Shown here piece after piece: positions 1 through 13,403 of a stretch of DNA of 64,000 nt (position 1 is its first letter; each line of letters opens with the position of its first letter). The stretch is from NCBI GenBank assembly GCA_036172245.1, contig JAYWIR010000012.1, positions 1,736,001 through 1,800,000 on the forward strand. Reading direction: 5' to 3'. Position numbers and translations under genes: made by a program. Source of the DNA: Raillietiella orientalis. Lineage: Eukaryota. The notes below the pieces were generated by a model that saw nothing but the letters and a program-made list of their open reading frames with translations, did not search any database and had not been told where the DNA came from.

Positions 1-1998
1 CGTCGGGCACATGCAGGCAAATGAATGTCTCCTAATTTTTTCGCAGAATGCTGCTTGCAGTCAGCATCTTGCAACCTAGGAGATGCTGACTGTTTCTCAC
101 AGGTCGAATCACTTTCTTTGGTTTTTTTTTGAGATTTAGGCACTTTCACAATACTTTGTTTCCAAGTTGACTCCAACGTCCTTTGTTTCCCGTCTGGGTG
201 TAACTTGGACTGCATCTTCTTTTCTGAAGATACTGCTTTGCAGACCTTAGTGGAAACTACTGATTTTTTGGCCTTCTTGGTGGTAGCATCTAATTTAAAT
301 GGTTTCTTCTTTTCTAAATCACTTGGATTCTTTCGCTTTCGATTTTTCCCATTCCGACAATCTGTACTGTAGCTATGGTCAGCTATGTTGTTTTCCTCAA
401 CATTTTCAGGCTGCAGCACACAGTAATTATGTTCATCCTTTGAAGGTGAGCTACGTTGGGCTGCATACTCTTTGCTCTGACCATGGGAGCTGTAATTATG
501 GTCTTTCAGCCTAACAACGGGAAGACAGAAGTTTTCAAGACATCTGGCCATCTCTTCTATTGCTTCAGAACTCCCATTCAATTTCAACAAACTGTAACTG
601 TGATCACTGGCCGTTTTACTGTTACAAGCACCTTTTGGCTTTTTGGAGGAACTATAACTATGGTCACCGGAATCATTTGGTTCCTTTCTCTGGAAACAAT
701 TTAAGAAGCTCATGTACTCAAGAGTTTTGCATACCTTATCTGAAAGGGAAAATCTTTTGGCAATGTCTTGGTTTACAAGCCAACAACCCAAATCCTTTCT
801 TTGAGTTGCAAACTCGGGAATCAAAGAATACAGTTCCGAAGTTGATGGGAGAACGTCTTTTCTTCTATTGCATGAAAATGGCATGAATAAAAAACACGTA
901 TTTACTTGCAAATCTTTTTACCTAATTACATTTTCAAAATTAGTAGTATGATTATATAAAGTTTTACAAACAAAATTATGCAAAAAATGTTAGACATGCA
1001 TCTCATAAATTATGCAAACTAGATATACTGATATGTAATTAACTAGGTAAACAAAAATATACAGTATGGTAAAATAATTTCTGGAAAATTGAATGCATGA
1101 TTTCTATGATACCTAATTTCAGACAAGGGCACAAAATTTAACAATTTATTTTCTTCTGGAAGAAGAATGGAATAAGTATTTGGAGCTGCATTATTGCTGT
1201 TTTCTTTATTTCCTTCACCACAATCCACAATTTCACCACATATTCTACATATTGATATTTTGTACTCATATCTATTTAAAGCATACTTACCTTTTACCTG
1301 ATTTGTTGATAGGCAATTCTACTATTTCACCATTATAAAAGTGATTCTCTAGATGTGATGTAATTTTTTTTGTAAGAGCTTTTAAATTATCACGACCTAT
1401 AAGAAGAAAACGAACTTGAGTTATCTGCATTTCAAAAGGAACTATCCACAACAAAAAAAACCAGATGATGGGGAGAAAAAAAAAAAAACACACACACATA
1501 ACATGACAATAAATCTGCAAAATCTGAAAAGTGGAAAACTTGGTGACTGGCATATGAACACAGTGAGGCAATCACGATACGGCTTTACTGGCACGATTTC
1601 GAAATCTAAATGCACATTACAATAATAACTGGGTGCATTCTAAAGTCTCCTGATAGACGCAGACATTTGCAGGCACACGCAAAAGATCTCAAACCCGGAA
1701 TTTCAACTGTTCATCATGAAACGTTAACTCGTCTGCACAAAGGCAAAATCAAATGATATGAGCCACAAGAAAAACACTGAAGGCACCCTCCGATTCTTGC
1801 TACATTACTTAAAATGAGCTTCAACGAAAACGTATCACGACAATGCTACAAAGAACACGGTACTTGGTTTCAACATTTCAACTTTCCGTGCCACGGATGG
1901 CAAAGCATCATAGGAAACAATCTCTTACTATGATGAATGATTTCTAAAATCGGCCGTTTAAGTTCTTCGGATAGTGCGAGCCTCTGGAAATATTCCAT
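1..1998 (-). CDS. BAZ1B: WSTF/BAZ1B (ACF1/BAZ1 family)-like chromatin-remodelling subunit, 5' part; gene continues beyond base 1
   Basis: GT-AG exons with consistent phases: 1998(ATG) or 1983 to 1929, 1396-1291, 1244-1113, 864-735, 689-1 (open to the edge). Peptide: LSEELKRPILEIIHHSRDNLKALTKKITSHLENHFYNGEIVE...PNTYSILLPEENKLLNFVPLSEIRRK...WLVNQDIAKRFSLSDK...HLPACAR. It resembles in order the remembered human WSTF segments KLVLEMVHHN, PHKYDVKLQNEDKIISNVP, WVVEDELVKKYSLPSK and HLPPAA. Start is uncertain. Confidence 0.72.
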
Positions 1999-4900
1999 TG
2001 AATTCTTTTCAGTAAAATTCGAAAATATTCAACATAGCACCTGATCCACCACACTTTACGAATCAACATTACTTGGTTGGAAAAGAATGAAGTCCTCTTG
2101 ATTACATGGCGGGAACAATCAGCTGTTGCAGACACGCGGAATGGGATTCGGATTGCACAAAGAGTGGTTAGGGGGGGGATTTCTGCACAAAAATCCGGGA
2201 TCTTCCCGACGGCTGGAGGGACGAAAGAAGCAAACACAGAGCTCGAAACCGAGTCGATTCGTTGAATAATTTGCCGTGGTCAGAATGCGGGGGAGCACGG
2301 TTCTTTGCAGATGGGAACGGGAAACTCCGATTCCGTTCACCAGTACACCTTGAAATACACATGCATGAAAGCACATTAAATAGCAAAACACTCGACACCG
2401 AGCCCATTGGATATAGATATAGGCTTGCAAATATATCTGAATCGATGCAATGCACCACAAATTACATCATGGAGCTTGCTGCTGCGGTGTAATAAATATT
2501 ATAAAAGTAATCGATTCAAAGTAACAGCCACAACCAACAAAGATGACATAATAGGAATCACGATAATACATCTACTAAAAGGTTTGGAATAGGATACTAG
2601 CTAATGTCTGATCTCCATGCTGGAGATCAGCTAATAAACGATTGCATTGGAAAATAGACAACATTCGGTTCATAGCTTCAAATTCATGAACCAACATAAC
2701 CGAGTCTCCATAAACGTTTTCGGAACGATATCTAAAGTTTGAAGATTTTGCCAAGTGAAGTTCTAAATCTCGACCACATTACTAATAGGATTGGTGTTCT
2801 CTTGAGATGTCGGACAACAACAAACTTTCAGAGAGCTCTTATGCTACAAGAGATTGAAGTGTTCTAGGCAGAGAAACAAATGAGCACATGAATCCCAAGG
2901 ATCGATATGTATAAAGGGAGTAGTCTTCTTGATCCTCTTAAAGCCGCCCACTGACTGATTTCAAAACAAATGATTTGTGGCTCAAGCATCTATAACTCTA
3001 CCTGAATTGATTCACACCTCCATACTGTATTTTCTTGGGGTTAGAATGCTAGCATAAATGCTGGACAATACCATTTGACCTTTTCAAAACATTGCTTTTG
3101 AATATATTTTCTTTCTGCGACCATCTTCAAAACATCATGCTATAAGAAAACGTTTTTTTTTCTTCCACTTCTTCTTTTGGATCCTAAGCTTGCCGAGATC
3201 AACATTCAGAATTCTGCGGAGAAACCAAGCAAACAGTTGGACATCTCCAAAGGATAGCTGTGAAAAATCAAAGAATAAGATCAGAACATCCATGGATTAT
3301 GTTTCGGGAGGACATAATGCTTCTACGTTTCACCAGCTTGACAAAGGACTCGACAATTTCAATGTACAAATTACTTTTCCTGTTGCTATCGACGCTGATT
3401 CACTAGCCGTCGCTTGTACCAGAGTTCATTTGCATGCTTCCCGTTATTACAAGTGTATTTGACAGAGATTTCTGAACCACCTACACCAGAGTTGAAAGTC
3501 AGGTTCCATGCAACTAAATCGGAACGCTCTTTCCAAGACTTACATTTACAAGAACAATTTGTCATTCGAGTCCATTCTTTAATGAAGACAGAAAAATTCC
3601 TTGGCACTGATTATTTATAACAAAAGAAACAAATGCAAGATGTCTTTAGTGAATCTGGAAGGAATGATTTAATAAGTAAAATACCGCTGGTGGAAAACAG
3701 CTAAATGAGCTCATGCATCTGCCAAACTGTTCTAATGCAAAGCATAGGAATCCGACTTTCACGGTCAGTAATGTAACAGTTGATGATTTAAAATGGTTAA
3801 TTTATGAAAGGTGTCACAAAAATATGTACCCAATTGCAAAAAAATCTTGTATATGCATGCAAAGCCTGAATATCTGCCACACAGTTTCATAATAACTTGT
3901 CACAATCTTGTATAATAACGTTTGCTTGGTTGATAGCCTTTTTTGCTTTCTTGTTCAACATAGGTTCTGTCGAAATAATAGCCAATCTCCAAAATATTTT
4001 GTCAATCACGGGCATTCGAAATGAATTTCCAAATCTCAGCTTCATTATTCCTTTTTTGAAAGCTAGAATTCCTCTACTTCATGTGCTACTTTCTGTATCA
4101 CATTTAGGAAGACAGGAAGAGAACTTGTTTTTAGATCTTTTCAGATAGTGTAGATTTTGGCAATGCTCCACAATGCATTAAGCTTCCTTAAGTTGACAAA
4201 GCTGTGAATCTGAGCTATGAAGAGGCGAAAGCGATCTCAAAAATTCTGCTTCGCAGAATAAAAAAAAAAAAAAACTTTATTTGTCAGCAACAGAAAAGTT
4301 TTCATTTTGAAAATGGCTGCCCTTACGGAAGAAGCGCATGCATTTATATCTGCTGCTGTTCATGTCACCCTATGCATGTCCCAAGTGTTTGAGTTTCGGG
4401 GGGACGCCATGGTAAGGTGACTTCACAGTACACTTCTGAAACGCTTGTGACCAGTTCGTCTTCCGAATCAGGTATTCAAGACTGCTAAGTGCATAATTCC
4501 TGGCCGACCATACAGTTGTCGAACTCAAAATACAGTGCAGCTCGACTTTTGCTCCAGACTCTACACGCACGTGGTAAATCACGCGGAAGGAATTCCTGAG
4601 AATGGTACAGACTAGCCATGTAGCTTTAGGTTCCTACAGACGGAACGGGAAAGTTTCTTTGCAAACTCTTTAGAGAAAGGTCGGGGACGGACATCGACTG
4701 CAAGAGTCGATTCTTGCATAGGACATTCAACACAGAGAAGCACGGCTGGATAACCAAAGGGAACTGCGCCGTTCCTCCGGCCGGATTTCAGTCCAAATTG
4801 CAGATATTAGAAACGCTTACGTAACGTAATGGAAGGATGATCAACACGCGCATACTTCTAAGACTTTCACGCCGCAATCAGCTCTTTCCCACGGGTATGG

Positions 4901-5787
4901 AAACGAAGTGACCACACAAAAATGGGAAACATGAAAATGAAGCTGGGTAGATTTCCGCATCTTATTTGCGAAACTTGTACATGCTTGTTTGTATTTTATT
5001 ACAAGGGAAACATTCCTTCCGAAAACGGAAATCTGTCTTTGCAACGAGCATAATACTTTGCAACAGTTTTCAGGGGGGAACTGGCAGGTTTTTCGTGTTC
5101 ACTTATTGACGCGCCCCATGTTGCACAGACGTTCAATTTTCGTGCGATGCAGCGTGACCTGTGCATGCATACACTCGAATCCTCTTCTGGGAAGCTGACA
5201 GGCAAACGACATCCCACTTGGCTGTACCCAGATTATGACTTTTCAAATAAGCACTGCTAACAAAATCTGATCTTCACACATTCAATTATCCACGCTTAAA
5301 GCAAATTCGATAGATACCAAGCATCTGAATTGCGTTTTATCTTGTGCATTACAAATTACTATGTTCTCTGTTCAGACAAGCTAAATACCACTGGCATAAC
5401 AACTTCCATATTGCCTTCTCTAACAGCAGTGTGCACAGGTAGTGAGTGTGATCCCTAGTATCAAAAATCAAAAACAGAAATTTCAGTTGTGCTGAATTGG
5501 CATGATTGGACACCTGAATTGGAAGGAAAACTGGAGGACACAGATACTTTCATTAAAAAAAGTCTCATCAAACTTGATTAATTCCTTAAATTTGCCATCA
5601 CTTTGGAATTTGCGGCATGTTTGCTAAATTTTATTACAGCTAAAATCTGCAACTCGGAAATAAAACTTCAATCTATTTTGCAATGTTACAAATGATCTTA
5701 GCATAAGAATGATTGCAATTTATCACCTTGTAATTGTTTCTACAACTACAATAGATATGTTAAAAGGCAGCTGTCTTTTTTGATGCT

Positions 5788-8195
5788 TTATGATTTAGAA
5801 TACCTAGAAGAAACAGCTGGATTCACATTGGGTTTCAGTTGCCTTCTGGCTGTCAAAATGCGATTCCTAGTAGTGGCAGGATCATCTACAGCATCACAGT
5901 CTGAATTTATTGAAAATCACAAGTATCCACTACCTGGTGGACAATCAGCAAGATATTTGTCAAGTGCATTCAAATGTTCATCTTCTAATTCTTGATCAGA
6001 TTTGGTGATAATAAGAAATTGAGGGAATCTCAATCTGACTAAATGAAGACCACCACTGACAAGATACACATTCTCATAACCATGCTGTACAAGCACTGTC
6101 AAGAATCGACTGGCCAATATCTCATCCTCATCATATACAAAGATCACTTTTTGTGGGTGATTCTTCTATGAATGATAAGGAAGCAAAAAATAAACACCTA
6201 ATAAAACAAATTATCAAGCAAAGGATACATAATGCAAAAGAAGGGATGACTCAGAATTGATGGCTCGGTTTAGCCAGGCCATTGGATAATTGTATGCAGT
6301 GGCAATATGACCAGCATGAAACTCAGAGGGGTTTCGCACATCAAGCAACAAATAAGGCGAATCATTGTCAGAATTGGCATCTGAAATTCACAAAGATCTC
6401 ATTTCTTTGTTTGTTTTTTTCTCATTTGTTGGATAATGAAAACATTTATTACGATATGGAAATATTTCTTTTCAAATCCTTTCTTTTGATGTTTACCCTC
6501 TGTTAAAGAAAACTGGAAGATAGTACTTGGCACAGAAGCTCAACAGCAAAGTGCTCATTCATAGATAAATTTTTAATGGATGAAAAATTGCTGCTGCAAT
6601 GTACTGTTGATCCCTGATGCATCATGATCCCTTTGCTGTGAACTACTCTGAACACACTAACAAATGTGTTAATTTTTGGATAGTTTTCAACAAATAACAT
6701 CTACAGCAATCTACCAACATGAGAATGAGGAATCTAACAATAGAGCTCTCAATAACATATGCCTAAGCAAAACTAATGAACTCAAATACTCAAAACTTTA
6801 AACTGACACACAATACCATCGTATATCAAGGAGATGAAGTATATCCTTACTGCTCTTGCATTTTACCTTTGAAAAGGAGGCAAAGTGGTTTATCTAATTA
6901 AAATACTACTAGCTAAGAAGTTTTTCTTACAAAAGGGATGAAATGCTTTTACCATGAAATGAAGATTCTTCTCCTTTCAATTCTGAGCTCATAACTGCAT
7001 CTTTCAAAATCCTCTTCTCTAAAAAGGAATCACTTTGCTCATTAAAAAAAAAAAAAAACATACCTTTGCACATCCGACAAAATTCTAGAATCAATGACAC
7101 AAGACATCTTAATGTCGCCCTTTGGAATATTTCATCTGGTTGAATGTGAAAATGTTTTTGAAGTTCACTAGCTAAATTCACTATTTTTCCAATGTTATTT
7201 CCTGAAAGAAAATGGATCATGTCCTATTATTATTGCAAGAAAAGCTTCTGCTTCATTACTGTCACTGCCTTGTTATGTTTAGATAGTTATAATTTATGTT
7301 TAGCAATGAACCTGCATTTATAAAGGCTTACTCATTAACATTATGCTTTTGTATTTTTGCACAACTGAAGAGGCAGTAATAAGAAAATCAGTGATCATTT
7401 AATAGAAGCACTTTACCAATTTCTCTTAACATTTAAGATTTCAGAAATTTGGCATATTCTACAACATTGCACAAACCACAAACAGAAGCTTTAGTTTATG
7501 AAGTGAGAAAGAAAATAAGGCCTACAGACTAAGTACAAACCTGAATCCACAACAGGTTTTACATGTGCATATTTGGAACGAACTTTTGGAAGTCCTGACC
7601 TTCTCTATGAAATATAAATGTAAATGACACATACTATTTGTATTTAACTAACATTTAAACTATTTGATGGGGACTCATTCAAAACATTTAATGTATCTTG
7701 AATAGTGACACATTTGCGCAATAGTATGTTTAAAGTGCACGAACATGGCACAACTGAGATGGCATTTTCATTTGTTCATCTTCGTGCATTACAAAACTGT
7801 AATTGCTTAAATGCATTTCTAACATTTTACTCTGCCAACATACATTTGGTGTTACAAAAATGTTGAGCATTCCTTTAATGGATATTCGGAAATGTTTAGA
7901 GTTATTGGCACTTTTTAGAGCACAACTGCCGTTTCAATATTTTCAAGGATGGGCAACTTTTCTTAAATCAAGTCACAACATTACACCACTACGGACTCAA
8001 CATTCCGTGGAAATCTGTTTTGCATGCCTTACCGCATTACCGTATGCAAGTCAAGATTCACTCACAAATATTAAAAGAAAACATGTGCACATTGATATGT
8101 CAGGCATATGGTGGAAAACGTTTGCAACAAACCCACTGCTGTTACCCAACACTCCAGTTTGGTAACCATGCTTACGGAAGGTGAGTGTCCATCAT
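5788..8195 (-). CDS. CEP41: Centrosomal protein CEP41 (rhodanese-like domain, ciliary)
   Basis: Exons: ~7604-7541 (PKVRSKYAHVKPVVDSG), 7201-7064 (NNIGKIVNLASELQKHFHIQPDEIFQRATL), ~7019-6953, 6380-6229 (SPYLLLDVRNPSEFHAGHIATAYNYPMAWLNRAIN), 6165-5934 (KNHPQKVIFVYDEDEILASRF...GYENVYLVSGGL). These match the CEP41 N-terminal motif and rhodanese domain. The first exon (8195-8176), small exons between 6.5-6.9 kb and the last exon (5900-5788, or read-through stop at 5917) are tentative. Confidence 0.88.
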
Positions 8196-11100
8196 CGTTT
8201 TCCCATTTAACGATTTACGATGCCTGTTGCAAATCGAACGGCCACCGATGACCCAAACATCAGCTGGAAGCCAAGCAAAAGTGCAACGCGCCGGCGAAAT
8301 AGCTTTAGGCTTTGCAACGGGGGAACTTTAGACCAAAGGATGCTTACATTTGCGGAATTCTGATTCATCTATCAATTGCGACCTGCTCACCAACACACAT
8401 TTTCGTGGGAACCTCCACGTCTTCGCAAACACTTCCAACGGCGGAAAGACCTAAGCGAGCTGTTCAGTCCGACATGATGTTTGCGGATTTTCCAAAGCTC
8501 AAACAGGAATTTCTGATCTTCTTTGAAAACGGACGTGTTATGGGACGCTGGCACGGCGACACGTGCTGAAGGATGATGGATGGCCTTAGGGCGAAAGACG
8601 TGCGCGGTGTGCAGAAGTCGAGTTTCCCCACCCCTACGACACCATCGCCTCGGATCTCCCACTCCGAAAAACCGATCGCGGGATTCGAATCGAGATAGCC
8701 GGGCTTCAGCTACTCGTAACGATGGATCCCCCCTAAAAATCTTCTTTCGACGTCTGTTTTGCTGGTAACAAGTCGAGTGTAGGACGTTCGTCGTTGTTCG
8801 TGGAGAGTGCCTTGAGGAGGCTGCGCGGTTTCGTTGGAGACCTAACAAGCCTCCCTGAAGTCGAACGCAAGAAATCTTGCAGCTGTGTTCCCGCCCGTCA
8901 TGACTCGTGGCTGAAGAGCAAATTGTCACTAGAAGCAAGCGGCGCCAATGACGAATCGCGAATCTGCGCCAACGGACTGGTGCCGTTCGGACGATCAATT
9001 TTGATCCTCTACGGCGTCGCAAGAACTCTTTGCGTACAACGGGGCGTTTACAACGGTAACGGTACAACGGGCGGAGATCCATTCACTGGACTTCGGGAAA
9101 TGCAGCTTTTCATTTGAAGGAAGACGTCAGGATTCCAGGTTGAGTGCCCGCTAAACCTGGTGCGGCCTCTTGGGATTCCAACAGTCTGCAGTGAGACAAC
9201 CGATTGAAGCTTTCCTGGCAACTTGCACTCCTCTCCGGAATAATTCACTGGAGGAAGATAACAGTCAACTACATCACGACAGAATTGGCTTGATTTTGGG
9301 GGTTTTGGGGAAACCTGGGTTTAGAGCTGAAATCGACCCAACTTCGATTTTTGTTCACTTTCACTTTACTTTTGATATGCTTTGGTAAATCACGTGGATG
9401 CCTTTTCCCGTAAGCACAATCAAGGAATATGTAAAAGCGAATCAATCAGCCATTGGTGAATACACTTATCGTGGCATCTTCTGCACTCTGTGAAAGCCAT
9501 TGCGATGCCCACCAGATTGCTACACAGGAAATCAACTTTTAGGGACAGTATGTAATGCATTGGATAGTTATTTAAAACATTTGAGTTACGTGGCGTTTTC
9601 AGGCTTAGGTATGAGTTTTCTCAATTTCTCCCATTGAAATCCCAATGAACACTGTTTTCTAAGATGAAAGGCATGGGGGAGATGACCGTTTCATTGGTTC
9701 TCTTTTGCATTGACTAATTTGTATAAGCAAAAGCATATTAGTATTTTAGAACTTTTCGTTGTATTTCCCCGAAACCAGCAGTTTTCTCCCAGCCTTTGCT
9801 CCTGCGATTTCCTTTGCGCCTAAAAATTTCGACGATCGAAATCCAATCTTTGTAAGTCACTCTTTGTCTCTGTTATCCCCCTCTGCCTTTTAATTAATCA
9901 GGTCTTTCTAATTTTGCCATTTTCCAATTTACACAGCCTTCAGTGCTTTGAACGAAGGCTCTGTCTGGGTTTCCAGTCTGCTACAAATTTTACTTTGAGG
10001 CCTGATTTTTTTTTTTTGTTCCTTTTAGAACATCGCAGTTCAGTAAATGGGTGCACAATGACAGCTTTTTCTATTTTGTGGTTATCTCCTTTTTCCTTCA
10101 AATTTTAGATATCTGCTGGAGTGAGAAATACAAACAGAAATCAATTGAAGGAGGAAAAAAAAAAAACATGTTGATATTATGAACACGGAGTTGCTGTTGT
10201 GATTCCACTTAGAAGCGCACTTTCTTCGTCCCCCCCCCCCCCCCACACACACAAAATGGTTAAAGGGAAGGTCATAATTTGCTTCTGACTTAAGTACTTT
10301 GTTATCAATCCAATGAATTCGGACGGGTTCCTTCGGGTCACAGTTTCCGTCGGCGTTCACGACAGCGGTTTCCACTGAATGGTGTCGGTTGCACACACAA
10401 AGATACGAAAACTGCTTTTCTTGCTATCTCATAAATTTTTCCAATGGATTGGTGAAGATTTTTCTCTCTGATTCACTTTCCGGGCGAAGCGGACATGAGT
10501 TTCTTCTTGGACGAAAACTTGTCCCCTTTGTGGGGATTCTGTTCCTGCTGCATTCGATCCAAGGCTATCCTTTCCTTTAGAATTCGTTTTGTTCCGAATG
10601 GCTGTGGTATACCATGGTTCTTGGATTGCTTTTAGAAATAAATTTTTTGACAGAATTTGTCTGACAACCGTGTTTTGTTTACACAGTTGGAAGGATAGTG
10701 TTTCGTGCAAACATTTAGAGATCCCTCTGAAAAGTCGGCAATTCATCCTCGAATGCAGTGCCGGTTTGATACTTTGGCGAATCCAACGATGAACAATTCT
10801 GTGCACTTCGCAAGGTTTGCTTTTAGATGCCGAGAATGAAAGCATTCAGCACTACAGAGCGTTTTGGGAAAAAAAAATGGAACCGAACCATTGCAGTGTG
10901 GTTCCATTTTCGGTTCTTGAGAGAGGGCGATGCCTAACTTTGGATTATTGTTTTTCCATGGCCACCAGTGGAAGCGACTGAAAGCTTTGGGATGACCGCT
11001 TGCTCCTCTCCCAAAAAAGTAATTCGTGGTCACTCTACCAGGTGTAAGGAAGCTGATGGTTGCACAGTGGCTTCGGGAAGGCAAGTCTTGGAAGCACTCA

Positions 11101-11705
11101 ACAATTTTTTTTTTCTCCGACTACCCTCGACACAAACCAAGTTCCAATTGAAAGCCTTGGCGCTCTGGAAAGAGCACGTTGCCACGAGAAGCTGGATGAA
11201 ACGCGTACTGTATCCGTAGAGCCGCTAGAGGTAAAACACAGCATCTTTCAAATCAACATGAAATCGGTCAGGTGAAAGAACTATTGAGCATGGGTCTGAG
11301 AGCTCAGCTTCGATGTCTTCTGTGAAAGCATCTCGCTTTCTATCGTTTCTACTTGGCAGAAGCTATGAGATGGGCAAGCATAGCTAAATTCCACTAGCAA
11401 TCGCTGGAAACAAATCTCTTCGGCGGTGGCTTCGAAGGGGTGCACCTTAGAAGAGGAGACAATGCGTGCAGCGATTGCGACTCAATGCTGGGGTCGCCTT
11501 ACTACTGACCTCCATTTTTCACCTCAACAATCCGCTTGAAGGAAGCCACCAATGCGACTAGCAGGCACCGTCACACGAGTCAAAAGTGTCTCCCATTTTG
11601 AGGGGATTTCATCCGCTCCCTTCGCCGAGCATCGACCCAGGAACCTGGAAGGCCAAGAATTGATGAACCGCATCGGCGGCTGTCTGACTGCAGCTGACTC
11701 CGCGC

Positions 11706-11738
11706 GTGAGTTCGAATCCCGCCCGGGGAAGGACCGCC
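11706..11738 (+). other. tRNA 3'-half / B-box fragment abutting the outer end of the left arm
   Basis: GTGAG-TTCGAAT-CCCGC-CCGGGGA-AGGACCGCC; 11710-11738 matches 13408-13436 at 28/29 nt. No recognisable tRNA 5' half. Confidence 0.6.
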
Positions 11739-13307
11739 AGCTGCCCCGCCCTTCCGACGCGCAAGGGCAAGCGCCAAATCGATGGGCGTCAATTCGATCC
11801 GGGGATCCCGGTCTTCCCAGGCAAAAGCGCGCACGGCGCGTCACCTCCAGGCCACGGTCCCGAGGGAAAGGGGGCAAGCCGGCGGACGCCGTGGGGCGCA
11901 GAGCGTGCCCTGGCCCACCGGCCCACAAGTTCAAGGGGGGATGAAAGGTACCGGGTGAAAAAGAGAAGGCACGCCTTTCGGTCTACGATGCGGGGAGTCG
12001 CGGGAGGGCCGAGTTCCTTCCTGCGACGCGTTTCAGGAACGGGAGGGAAGGGATCGTCCGGTAGAGGCAGGAGGCGAATTTCGGCGGGATCCCCATTGCT
12101 CCCAAGGCGCAGCGGGAGCATGGGTGGTTCCCTCCCGGATCGCCTCGTTGGAGTCTGGCGCTTCGCCGCCCGGACTGTTGGCTTCCTCAGGCGCCACAGT
12201 GGAGGAGAGGAAGGATGATCTTCCTTCAAGGACTCCCTCCTTCTCCTCTCCGCTCCCGGACCGCTCCCAGATCGAGGACGCCTCCCATCTCTTCGACGCG
12301 GCGCCTTCCGAACGGGTGGGCGAGGGGAAGCATCCGCTCCTGAGAAGCCGAGGCGCCCGGCCCAAAGCCCCACAAAACTCGGGGCAAAAACATCAAGGAT
12401 GGTGACGGCTCTGAAAGGTCAAAGAATGTGGTCCTGTGCTCACTGAGAGGCCACCATCTCCGCTCGACTCCGGACCTCTCCCTGCCTGAACACATAGGTC
12501 GGCTCCCTTCACTCCGACCTCCCTCCTGAGAAAACACCAGCGATTCTTCCCTTGAGGCAGGATGGCCGGCGCAGTGGTCTGGGAGTACCGGGGCGCAGCC
12601 GACCCGCCTGCGGCGGTGTCTCACGGGTGTCTCGGAGAGAGAACTTCGGGGTCAGATGTGCAGGCTTGAGTAGGGGAGTCGCTTACCTTTGGCGCAGTCG
12701 AGCCTTCTAGGGGCTTCCCTGCCAATCCTCCTCCCCATCCCCTCGTTGCTCCGGCCGCCGGCGATGTCCGACGCTTACTCTTTCCTGCCGGCCCGGTCGC
12801 TCCCCGTTTGGTCACCTTTCTTCCCGCTTTCCCTTCCTCCTCAGCATTCCGGATCTGTTTCCTCCCTCGGACCTTTTGACCTTTCCGTCCTCTGGTGCTC
12901 CCATCCTAGCAACCGTTTCCGTGCACCGTCAGGGAGCGCGCGAGTTTTCCTTCGACCTTTCCGGATGCTGAGGGGATCTTGGCAGTCAGACCACGGGTTG
13001 CTGAATAGCGCGTGCTATCTCCAAAGTAACGGGAATCAGCAGAACACTCTCTGGCTCGAAGAAACGGAAGGAGTCAGGAGAAAAACAACAATCGCATTGC
13101 CAAAACAGCTGGGGAAGGTGGATGCTGGGAAGTCTGCGGGCACCGAACTTCGCCCCTGGAAAGGTCTTCTGAGATCCCCTTCCCGTTCGAATTCCGCCTT
13201 TTGCTCGAGGTCCCTCTTCACCTCGCCTCCCGAAGGAGGTCCACAGCCATCACCCGGTCGACTTTCACAGCGGGTTATGGCAAGCGGCATGGCGATTCGA
13301 GGTGCAA

Positions 13308-13380
13308 GGGGGCGTAGCTCAGGTGGTAGAGCGCTCGCTTAGCATGCGAGAGGTTCCAGGATCGATGCCTGGCGCCTCCA
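13308..13380 (+). tRNA. tRNA-Ala-AGC: tRNA-Ala(AGC)
   Basis: 73 nt cloverleaf. Acceptor stem GGGGGCG/CGCCTCC with the G3:U70 Ala identity pair; anticodon arm CTCGC-TTAGCAT-GCGAG; T arm CCAGG-ATCGATG-CCTGG; TTTT terminator at 13387-13390. Confidence 0.97.
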
Positions 13381-13403
13381 TGGTTATTTTGCTCGCGGGC
13401 ATC

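Noticed and set aside
58..92. 12 bp stem hairpin CAGTCAGCATCT/AGATGCTGACTG
   Set aside because: Inside a coding exon, isolated, with no other support.
1272..1290. 19 nt intron in the WSTF-like gene
   Set aside because: Implausibly short; the in-frame acceptor at 1245 gives a 46 nt intron typical of this window.
2608..2630. 10 bp perfect hairpin CTGATCTCCA-TGC-TGGAGATCAG
   Set aside because: Could be a Helitron-like or RNA hairpin, but there is no second copy or element context in the window.
8141..8166. GTTACC...GGTAAC near the CEP41 start as an X-box
   Set aside because: The half-sites are too far apart for the RFX consensus.
8387..9082. 231 aa arginine-rich ORF
   Set aside because: Lies in the CG-rich promoter-like region upstream of CEP41; no recognisable domain.
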